From Diplonema japonicum (Eukaryota; Protista; Euglenozoa: Diplonemea), in NCBI GenBank assembly GCA_964019335.1, contig OZ025668.1:186001-250000 (forward strand): a DNA stretch of 64,000 bases, read 5' to 3'. Positions 32,368 to 41,182 of the stretch are shown piece by piece. Under the pieces are notes generated by a model. The model saw only the letters and a program-made list of their open reading frames with translations. It was not told the origin of the DNA and searched no databases. Numbering within the stretch: position 1 is the first letter of the stretch; every line of letters starts with the position of its first letter. The position numbers and the translations under genes are program-made.

Positions 32368-33484
32368 AAAAACCAAGGAGGAAACGAAGTGGTTAGCAAC
32401 GGCCCAGATCGTTAATAAAAAAACCTTTTTTTTTTAAAAAAAAGACCAGTGTGTGACATGTGATAGACAAATGCCAGGCACTGACCCTTTGATTCATAGT
32501 CATTTCTCTCGCAAATTGATGGAGAAGTTGACTTGATCAGGACTGCCAACAGGGGTAAATATGGCGCCACTGAAGGGGCAAACCCCCGGAAACGAGAAAT
32601 TAAAAAAAAAAAAAATACAACATTACTATTCCCCCTCTTTTTTGTCTTTCCCTTGTTTCCACAGAGAGTGGCACACAAAGCAAGTTTCTCCTCTTCCAGT
32701 TCAGTGAGGGCACGATTAGACCATAAAAGTTCACAAAATGTGAGAAAAGAGTGAAAAAACACTGATGACATAGGAAGTGGTCACATCGCGGCTCCTCTTT
32801 CGGCGGGAAGCACCCCTAAGAAGAACAAGAAAAAAAAGAGGGGGGGACAGGTTTGCGGGTTTGTTGGCTGTATTGTCAGCAGAGTCTGCAGAAAATATCG
32901 GCATTGATTGGTATATAGCGGCAAAGGTTCCTAAAAAAAAAATTCACTATGATAAGAAACGAAGTGGTTAGCAACGGCCCACCAAAAAAAAAAAAAAAAA
33001 AAAAAAGAATCAGTTCACACTTATCACTTCAACGGTACTACAAAAGAGAGGAGGGGGAAAGAGTCGGTTCATTGGGGGGGGGGGGGGGTTTCATTGTTCA
33101 AAAAAAGAAGGGGAAGAAAAAAAAAGAGGGGAAAAAGTACGCCACAATAAAAATCGTTGGCGGTATATCCTTTTTCTTCTTTCTTTTTTTTTTCTCCTTC
33201 TCTTTTTTTCTTTTTTAGTTTTTGTTTTTTGTTCCCCACCTATTGTGGAGAAGAATAAAAATAATAGTTTTGAACGTTGCCGGTTTCTTGGGGGGGGGGG
33301 GGGTTCTTTTCCTTCTTTTCTTTTTTTCCGCTCGGACGACAAGTTCTAGTAGTTTATTTCTTGCCCAGTAAATTCTTCGTTGTGCAGGGGGGGGTGTAAA
33401 ATAAATTCTAACTCTTTGCTTAACGTTGAAGAGGGGAGCCCTGCAGTGACATGACATTGAAAGAGAGGGAGGGGGGTATCAAAA

Positions 33485-33791
33485 GACCAAACCCGCCACA
33501 AAACACCCCCAGACCGGTTTCTACCCGCATGGCTTGACCCGCCATTGGCGGGAAACTCCCACGCATATCTGTCAGCATTTAACTTTGCGTCAAAACTACA
33601 GCACCAGAGCAGTCGCAATGGGGCGTTTCGTGCTCCGTAGCTGCGGCATAGGGTGCGAGAAGAGTGGGGTGGTGTTGCAGAGCTTCTTCCAGTGTGCGTC
33701 AACTGCTTGAAGCCACTCCCAGGTACCAAGTCCTGGCCGCCAATTTTTGGGGGTAGAAACCGGGTCTGGGTGTTTTGTGGCGGGTTTGGTC
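33485..33791. mobile_element. MITE-like element with ~42-bp terminal inverted repeats
   Basis: GACCAAACCCGCCACAAAACACCC..AGACCGGTTTCTACCC (33485-33526) versus GGGTAGAAACCGGGTCTGGGTGTTTTGTGGCGGGTTTGGTC (33751-33791). Confidence 0.75.
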
Positions 33792-33903
33792 AAGGTATAT
33801 ATGGTCAAATAACCTTAGAAACGTGTTTTTTTGAAAACTGAAAAAAACTACCTTTGCATGGGATCTTAGGGGGGGGGGGGTTGATCCCCCAGGGTTATGT
33901 TGG

Positions 33904-34070
33904 CAAGGAAACGCGTTTCCAAGTTCTTTTTTTTTTTTTTTTTTTTGAAAATAAGGAAACGGAAACGTTCCCTTATTTTTTGGGGCCGTTTTCATATGAA
34001 GGGAACACGTTTCCCTTGAGAAGGAAACGCGTTTCCTTAAGTATCTTGAAAAATAAGGAAACGGATACGG
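33904..34070. repeat. Cluster of short palindromes AAGGAAACGCGTTTCC and variants
   Basis: About five variants (33905, 33953, 34000, 34021, 34055); probably subterminal repeats of a DNA transposon remnant. Confidence 0.55.
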
Positions 34071-34322
34071 CCTTTTTTTTCTTCTCTCTTTTTCATTGTC
34101 GAGAAAGTGTTTATTCTTTTACTGAAAGGAAAGATTATCGGAAAGAAAAAAAAAATCCGTACTTTCGCGGTTGAAGTTCGCCTCCCGACAGGGGGAACAC
34201 AAAACTGCCCTGTGATTGCTATAAAAGCACAATAACCTCAGAGGGGGAAATGCGGTCAATGAAAAGCTTAAGCAAATTCGATGAAATTCGCTGAAGGATG
34301 TAGATTTTTGGTTTTATTTTTT

Positions 34323-35058
34323 TATTTCACTCTTCAGAAATTACTTCACGCACTGGGGGGCCCATTACTTCACGCTAAATCTCATTACTTCACGGTGAAA
34401 TAATGGCCTGTTTTCCGTGAAGTAATAGGGGGTTTCCGTTAAATAATATGCCTCGGTAGGCCAATTTTTGCCTCGGTTCGGTTCCCAGTGGGGCTACTTT
34501 TTCCTCTCAGTTTGCTATTTCCCCCCAGGTTCAGCTCAATTGGCTTTTGCCTCGGCTCAGTTCCAAGTTGGACTACTTTTTCCTCCCAATTTGCCCACTT
34601 TTGGCTAGGCCTTGTTCCCAGTTTCTGTGGGTAACTCTTCCGTGGGTAAGGGTAACTTAGTCAGCTTACCCAAGCACCCCAAAAGACTTCAAAATACCGA
34701 AGCAGCAGAAAAAAAGGAGCCAGCGGCCGCGCTAGGTATGGGAAGGCCTGATTAGAGATGGTGACAGTGGCAATGCCAGCGACAGCGGCAGCTCTTAGTC
34801 AACAAAAGGAGGAAAAACAACTTGTATTGTAACCTTTGTAACCCCTCTCTTGTTGTACCCCTTGTCACCCTGTTGTGCCCCTCGTGGTGAAGTAATTTCA
34901 GAGTGTCGTGAAATAAAACCACTTACCTACCGCCAAGTAATGCTTTACCGACCTCTCGGTTCCGCATTTTACCATCTCGGGCCCTGCGGGCCCTCGACGG
35001 TAAAATGCGGAACCTCGAGGTAACGGTAAAGTCATTACTTGTTGGCAGTAAATAGCTA
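34323..35058 (+). mobile_element. Longest copy of hairpin-ended non-autonomous element family A (Crypton-like architecture)
   Basis: The left terminus TATTTCAC..TCAGAAATTACTTCAC is inverted relative to subterminal GTGAAGTAATTTCAGAG..GTGAAATA (~34887-34915). A ~108-bp palindrome (34934-35041) centred on CTCGGGCCCTGCGGGCCCTCG follows. Confidence 0.8.
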
Positions 35059-35376
35059 TTTTTTTTTTTCCTTCCGGTAAACTTTTCCTTTTTTTTACAG
35101 TATTTGTTTTAAAAAGTTTTTTTTTTCTTTTTGCAAAAAATAAAACGTTAATAAAGAAAAAAAGGGGAGTTAACATAGGGTAACCTACCCAGCACCCCCC
35201 TTCCGCGTAAAGTCGCTACTATCGATGCTTCGTCCCTTAAAGGGTTGAAGACGAAAATACCTTGCACAACAGAAAAAAAAAAAAACTCAAATTAACATGC
35301 AAACTCCTAAAGCGAAAGCCGCATGCCCCAAAAAAAGAAAATAGTAATAAATAATCAAATGAAAAAAAAAAGGTGG

Positions 35377-35646
35377 AGCTAACTTGACCCCCCCCCCCCC
35401 CCCCCCCCCCCAAGTTTTCGAAATGATCAAAGTCCCCCTTAGTTTGATATGAGTTAGTCTTTGCGAGACGCCGCTTTGTGTGTTTGAGCTGCGGGACAAG
35501 ATTCGAACATTTTTGAAGCCAAGATCGTGATAAAAACCTTGGGGGACCGGGGGTCCAGAAACTTTTTTCCCTCCTAAATAACAAACCTCTGAAACTAAGG
35601 TATTTTATCTTTGAGCATGTCCGTGTACGTAAGGGTCAAGTTAGCT
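35377..35646. mobile_element. Possible MITE (~270 bp)
   Basis: Perfect 14-bp inverted repeat AGCTAACTTGACCC / GGGTCAAGTTAGCT; no target-site duplication identified. Confidence 0.5.
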
Positions 35647-35995
35647 GTCTTCTCAAAGAAATAAGAATAATAACTGAGAAAGGAAGAATAACAGAGGGAA
35701 CGGTGCACGCAACACATGTACCAAATGCAACAAATTCAAAGCAACGCACCTAGGTGAGGAAAGTATAAAGAATTTAAAAAAATGACCGACATTGATTGCA
35801 CATATCGGTTAAAAACTCCTCTTTCCACCCAGTACGTCATCATTGTACATGCGTGGGTAGAAACTTGGAAGTTTATAATCAAACACATTGCCATCATTTC
35901 TCTTTTAATTTAACTGTTCAGACAAAGTCAAAGACTCGTTCTTGTTTGAAGGGAAATGAGCTGATGATGTGGTTCAATAAGCTAAGTGCAGCTTT

Positions 35996-38716
35996 TCAAC
36001 GGAATGGATTAGAACGTCGCCTTGCGATCCTCCCCCCTGTGGCCTCCCCTGCCCATCCCTCAGCAGGGTTCTGTGGGACGACAAGCCCCCTGTTGAAGGG
36101 CCTCGCGAGCATCATCGTCCCCTCCATCACACTGATCACCTTCTCCATTGTGTGGTCCCCCGCCCCCTCACACATTGACCAAAGTTCTTCCACATCCCTG
36201 TCGTTGAAGGCCTCCTTGTACCTCGCCCCCCACTCCTCTCCCACAACTCCGTCAAACAGGTTCCACACACCGTCCACAAGGCTGAAGGTCTTCAGGTTGA
36301 GCTCGTACACTGTTCTGCTTGTCTCGAGCTCGCTGAAGTCTGACACCACAGCGGGACGAGGCGACCTGCTTGGGCTGTCCATTGACGCCATGCGTAAGGG
36401 TGCCGCCTCACGAGGGAGCTCCCAGGTGTCAACAGGGCGGGTGTGGACTTGGAGTGAGGTGTCAGTACCAGCACAGGACTCACCAGCAAGGAGGCAGAGG
36501 GTCCCGAGCTGCGAGGCCGCCTCCGCAAGGGCCCGCCCCTCCTCAACCCCAGACCCGAGAGAGGTCACGAAACGTTGTTTTGCACTCCCCAGCGACCCGT
36601 GCAGCACCCTCCCTGTGGACATCCCCACACTCACGAACCGCTCCCACACAGCACCACTGATAGACGAGTACAAGTGCGACACGAACTTCGCACTCTGAGC
36701 AACGTGCATCGCACAAGGCTTCCCTGCATTCCAGTTCGCAATGATGCTGTTGCTGCACACCACGTTCAGCAGGCCTTCCGTCCGCTCCACTCCTTCAATA
36801 ATGATGTTCAGGATCTCGTTCACAGCATCAACTGCGTTCGTGAACAGCACAAGACACGAGAAGTCCACCCTGATGTGCATCGTCGTCGCTGTGCTTGCTG
36901 TCAGGCGGTTGCGGGTGATGTGCTGTGTCCGTGCCTCTCCGAACACGGAGGTGCTTTTCCTGGAGTGCGAGTGGACGGAGGCCGACATTACTGCAGGTGA
37001 TCTAGGAGAGGTAGGAGACGTAGGTGATGTGGGCATCTGGTCAAACCGGCGCTTGTCGAGTATCTTCTCAACTTCGACCTGTCGCTTCCCAAGGTCAGTA
37101 GGTACCGTTATGAACAAGGGAACATTGCCCACCCCCTTCAGACTGACAGAACCCATCTTCGTGATGACAGGCTTGCTGAGGCCCTCTCCCCAGTTGGTGT
37201 TGTTGCTGAGCTGGGCTTGAACCTCTTCGGTGAAGGCGACTGCACCCCCTGCAGAGGCGGACTCCACCCTCGCTGCCTTGTTCACTGTGGGTCCCATGTA
37301 GTCGGTCCTCCCTGTCGTGGGGTTCAGTTCCAGCCTCGCGGGGCCTGTGTGGACCCCGATCCGCACCCGAAGCCCCCTCCAGCACAGGGACCCGTCCTCC
37401 TCCCTCCCCACCACCTTGCACAGTGGGTGTTCCAGGAGCGCCGCAGGCCACGGAGCACGGAGGAGAGACCCCTGCGCCAGGAGCCCGAACCGCACCCCTT
37501 CAACCACCTTGTCGAAGGCGACCATGAAGGCGTCCCCGATCGTCTTCACCTCGTACCCGTTCGTCGCCGTGATGCACTCCCTCATCACATCGTTGTGGAT
37601 CTCCATCGCCGTCCGCATCGCCGACGTGTGCCTCTCCCAGATGTCCGTCGACGACTGGATGTCCGTGAACACGATCGTCACCTCCTCCTGACCGCTCCCT
37701 GCGGGGATCTGACGGATGTGGTGCATCTTCTTCATGTACTGACCAGCCCTTCCTCCCTCCCCTCTGCTTCCCTCCACCCCCGTCCCCTCTTGTGCCACCT
37801 CCTCGGCGGCGAACAAGGCATCAGGGAGGTAAGGACGATAGAGCTTCAAGTTGCTGAGGAGTCCCAGGAAAGCTCTGTTCAGTTCGCTTTTCTCAGCGTT
37901 CTTCACAAGGTGCTCTGCTGTCTCCAAGTCGAAGCGCACCAATGCGCCGGCAACCTTCTGTGCAAGAAGGACAGCAGCTTCTGACTTCTGCTGCTCTTCA
38001 CGCATCCCCAACGCGAACCTGCGTGTCATCAGGAAATCCAACACATAAACGCAGATGCGAACAACGAGTGTGACAGTGAGCCACCTACTGCCCTCAGTGG
38101 GGCGTGGCTCGGTGCCTGTCCAGGACTCGGGGATGGCATTGTAGATGCCAAGGCCGATGCCTTCTTCTATGGTTTTGACAATGATGAACAGAGTTGTAAC
38201 GATGGTGAGGATCCAGCCACTTTTCGAGCTGCACCCGGTGAGGAGGAGGACGTCTGCTGCGAGAACGCTTCCTGTCCAGAGGTCCTCCTTGCCGTAGGCG
38301 GAGAGGTCGCCAACTAGGCAGTAGAACACAGCGAAGAGGACAATGCAGGTTTCGAGCAACGGAAAATACAAACGCTTTGTCACGTAGCTGTGAACGAGCA
38401 CTGTGGCGGTGATGGAGAAACGCGCCATGTTAAGCCCGCTGAGTACGTAGGCCTGTCCCAAGACCTGAAAGCAGGCAAAGAGGAATTGCAATACACATAG
38501 TATCAAACACATAGGTACCAAGATGTTTTTAGCAGTCCGCACAGTGCCGGTATCCGATTCATGCACCCAGTGCGCCATGAGCTTCCCATACAGAACAAGG
38601 CAAGCCCCAGGCGGCGCGCGAGGCACTTCTTCAGACCCGTCAATCATGTCATTTGAATAGCTCGCAATGCCATCCATCTCAATGCTCCGGGTTTCTTGTG
38701 TGTCGCTCATTCCCAT
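35996..38716 (-). CDS. Membrane adenylyl cyclase, copy 6 (906 aa from first ATG)
   Basis: First ATG (MGMSDTQ) at 38716; catalytic motifs intact; tail RRRSNPFR. Confidence 0.93.
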   Translation of the reverse strand: MGMSDTQETRSIEMDGIASYSNDMIDGSEEVPRAPPGACLVLYGKLMAHWVHESDTGTVRTAKNILVPMCLILCVLQFLFACFQVLGQAYVLSGLNMARFSITATVLVHSYVTKRLYFPLLETCIVLFAVFYCLVGDLSAYGKEDLWTGSVLAADVLLLTGCSSKSGWILTIVTTLFIIVKTIEEGIGLGIYNAIPESWTGTEPRPTEGSRWLTVTLVVRICVYVLDFLMTRRFALGMREEQQKSEAAVLLAQKVAGALVRFDLETAEHLVKNAEKSELNRAFLGLLSNLKLYRPYLPDALFAAEEVAQEGTGVEGSRGEGGRAGQYMKKMHHIRQIPAGSGQEEVTIVFTDIQSSTDIWERHTSAMRTAMEIHNDVMRECITATNGYEVKTIGDAFMVAFDKVVEGVRFGLLAQGSLLRAPWPAALLEHPLCKVVGREEDGSLCWRGLRVRIGVHTGPARLELNPTTGRTDYMGPTVNKAARVESASAGGAVAFTEEVQAQLSNNTNWGEGLSKPVITKMGSVSLKGVGNVPLFITVPTDLGKRQVEVEKILDKRRFDQMPTSPTSPTSPRSPAVMSASVHSHSRKSTSVFGEARTQHITRNRLTASTATTMHIRVDFSCLVLFTNAVDAVNEILNIIIEGVERTEGLLNVVCSNSIIANWNAGKPCAMHVAQSAKFVSHLYSSISGAVWERFVSVGMSTGRVLHGSLGSAKQRFVTSLGSGVEEGRALAEAASQLGTLCLLAGESCAGTDTSLQVHTRPVDTWELPREAAPLRMASMDSPSRSPRPAVVSDFSELETSRTVYELNLKTFSLVDGVWNLFDGVVGEEWGARYKEAFNDRDVEELWSMCEGAGDHTMEKVISVMEGTMMLARPFNRGLVVPQNPAEGWAGEATGGRIARRRSNPFR

Positions 38717-38902
38717 ATTTCGAACCGTTCCTCCCCCCACCAGCCCTCCCTTTGGTGCGACTTAGTGATATTGTGACAGAAGAAAATATGAGGGTGGGGT
38801 ATGGGCAAAGGGTAAGATACTAACACAATAAAATAAAGTAAAAAAAATAAAATAAAATAAAAACTCTTTTCCCCCACACCCCTCGCACTTGTGACCTCTT
38901 TT

Positions 38903-39520
38903 TCAACTATCGATCATACGCTCCGTCATGAAAAGGTAGGATATAAGCCAGTTGAGGCCTTCGTGCAAACCGTCCCCATTCAACCCACAGCAGGGGATTA
39001 TCCGGTAGGCGGGGTGTGAGTCGAGGTAGGAGGAGAGAGAAGGACAGGAAGCCGATGAAGAAGTGAGGATGGAGAAGATATCGGTAGGTGTGAGGGCATT
39101 TGGCACATCAGTTTTGTTACCGAGTATGAGGAACGGGGAGTCGCGGAGAGAAGGGGTTGACAATACCTTCTCGAGGGCTACTCGGGTTTCTTCCCATCTG
39201 TTGTCGGACGCGGGAATGCTGGCATCTACCACGAAAACAACTCCATGCGCCTGATTCACAAACCTGTCCCAAATTGGTCTGAGCGACCGTTGGCCACCCA
39301 AATCCCACATAAGAAGCTTGCAATTCTGCAATTCCAATCTACCAATGTTCAACCCGACAGTCGGGCATATTTTCCCCGGCGGCAGTGCTTGCCCACCATG
39401 CAACGCTTTAATCTTCTCCAAAACCGTCGTTTTCCCCGCATTGTCCAAGCCTATCAGCAGTACCCGGTACTCATCCTTCTTGAATAGCAGTTTCCACAAC
39501 CCATAAATCAAATGAAACAT
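38903..39520 (-). CDS. ARFRP1: ADP-ribosylation factor-related protein 1 (Arl3p/ARFRP1-type small GTPase)
   Basis: MFHLIYGLWKLLFKKDEY N-terminus (no Gly2), GLDNAGKTT, PTVGLNIGR, WDLGGQ, NKTD. Confidence 0.88.
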   Translation of the reverse strand: MFHLIYGLWKLLFKKDEYRVLLIGLDNAGKTTVLEKIKALHGGQALPPGKICPTVGLNIGRLELQNCKLLMWDLGGQRSLRPIWDRFVNQAHGVVFVVDASIPASDNRWEETRVALEKVLSTPSLRDSPFLILGNKTDVPNALTPTDIFSILTSSSASCPSLSSYLDSHPAYRIIPCCGLNGDGLHEGLNWLISYLFMTERMIDS

Positions 39521-39738
39521 TTATTCTCTTTTTTTTTTTTTTGTTTTCCCTCCCTCCTCCGTGTTGGCACGGAGGTTTGTGAGAAGAAGGGGAAGGCGGG
39601 GGGGGGGGGGGGGGGGAGGAAAAGATCGGTGTTCCCTGTGGAAAAAAAAAGATTTCTTTGGAAAGGCCAAACTAAGATAATGACAATTAATGTTATTGTA
39701 TTGTCCCCCCCCCCCCCCCCCCCCCCCCCCTTTCTTGC

Positions 39739-40965
39739 TCAAATTAAATCAGGAAGCTCCTGCGGCAGCGTACAAGTTTTGACGATGGGTATCTCCGTGT
39801 CGAACATGTCAAGAACGGTATTGAACCGCCTCAGATCTACGACATAGTTCCCTGTTGAAGGGTTCCTTGAAAGCACAGGCGCGAATCGCCCTTCAAACAC
39901 GATGTTTGCCGAGTGGTATGACTGCTTCACCTGAACTAATTGGTTCGAGATAGAATCCATGGCATTCAAAACAACAACTATCTCCGCCTTCGTTTTGACT
40001 AATAACTCAAAGGTGTATTCGTACAAAGGACTATCGCAGTTCAGCTCATGCGCAACGGTGACGGGGAACATCAGGAAAGGAGCAGGAATTGAACGCTTTC
40101 CCTTCGCGGGCTCCTTCTTCTCGAAACAACAACTCCAGGCAAGTTCCTCTATTGTTATATCGGGTGAATCATCCGTCCCACGGTCCTGCATGAGGTACAG
40201 ATTGATACTAACATCACAAGGAGGGTGTTTTACAAGCGAAGCGACACGAAGTGACATGGTTTTGGTTCGATTCCAACCACGGTTGCCCCACACCTTCGTT
40301 GTGTCATTGATAACTGCGGACTGCGAGAACACAACGGTGTGGCGAAGGCGTCGTGCTGTGATGATCTTCTGAAACACAACCGCTGCTATAACAGGTAGAA
40401 TCACCATCGATGCCCAGCCTTCAAACATTACAACAACACGGCTCCACATCCCATGCGGGGACAATTCGCCGAAGCCGATCGTCGATATCGTTTCCACGGA
40501 GAATTCCAATGCTAGAAGCGGGCTGCATTGATGCGTTTTAACAGCATCGCTGTGATGGGTGCCGCCCAGCATGCAAGGGAGAAGGTACAGCACCGCGAAG
40601 ATTATATTTACCAAGAAGTAAGCAACTCCGGAAAACAACACCAACCACACCCATTTCTGCGAGATCAGGAAGTAATACGGTATTGCCTGTGCTGTTGATC
40701 TCCATGAGCCGCCCTTGACTTCCACTGTGTACTCGCCTGTGTATGGGCTTACCAAATGGGGGTATGACTTCCCCAAGTTGTCAAGCTCGGGGCTCGTTTT
40801 CGCGGCTTGGAACTTTTGAGGTTTCAACGACCCTATCTGGACCCTTGGGTGCCGCGGGCTCACCGACCTCTCATCGTTGTCCCCGCTTTCTGTGTCAACC
40901 ACAGGGGACGGGTTTGACGGCGCGCTGCCAAACGTTCGGTAATCTACTGCTTTTCTCCCCACCAT
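39739..40965 (-). CDS. Inward-rectifier potassium channel (Kir family)
   Basis: Two transmembrane helices flanking the pore LEFSVETISTIGFG; cytoplasmic domain with VFSQSAVI, MSLRVA, FPVTVAHELNCDSPLY, EIVVVL, SY..IVFEGRFAPVL. Start assumed at MVGRKAV (40965); an upstream in-frame ATG also exists. Confidence 0.9.
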   Translation of the reverse strand: MVGRKAVDYRTFGSAPSNPSPVVDTESGDNDERSVSPRHPRVQIGSLKPQKFQAAKTSPELDNLGKSYPHLVSPYTGEYTVEVKGGSWRSTAQAIPYYFLISQKWVWLVLFSGVAYFLVNIIFAVLYLLPCMLGGTHHSDAVKTHQCSPLLALEFSVETISTIGFGELSPHGMWSRVVVMFEGWASMVILPVIAAVVFQKIITARRLRHTVVFSQSAVINDTTKVWGNRGWNRTKTMSLRVASLVKHPPCDVSINLYLMQDRGTDDSPDITIEELAWSCCFEKKEPAKGKRSIPAPFLMFPVTVAHELNCDSPLYEYTFELLVKTKAEIVVVLNAMDSISNQLVQVKQSYHSANIVFEGRFAPVLSRNPSTGNYVVDLRRFNTVLDMFDTEIPIVKTCTLPQELPDLI

Positions 40966-41182
40966 ATTCCCCCTCCCCCACAATTCCTTTTTCTTTCGTT
41001 TCCCCCCCTTCTTTTTTGCATTGTTCATGGTAAGTAAAAAGAAAAAAAAAACAAAAAAGGAGTTTTCTATGTACTTTTTTTTAAAAAAAACTGAGGTTAA
41101 AAAAAGGGGGGAGGGGGGGTAAAAGGGTATTCGTAAGAAATTCCCATAAATAGAAAAAAAAGAAAAAACAATAAGTAGATCT

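Noticed and set aside
7373-38048. Recurrent 100-300 aa plus-strand ORFs in each cyclase copy (e.g. MASPAHPSAG..., MNLFGEGDCT...)
   Set aside because: They are antisense shadows of GC-rich coding sequence and recur only because the DNA is duplicated; no recognisable motifs.
7330-38716. Diversity-generating retroelement (RT next to repeated genes)
   Set aside because: The RT is a broken LINE-type enzyme and there is no template/variable repeat pair with adenine-specific differences; variation is block-wise.
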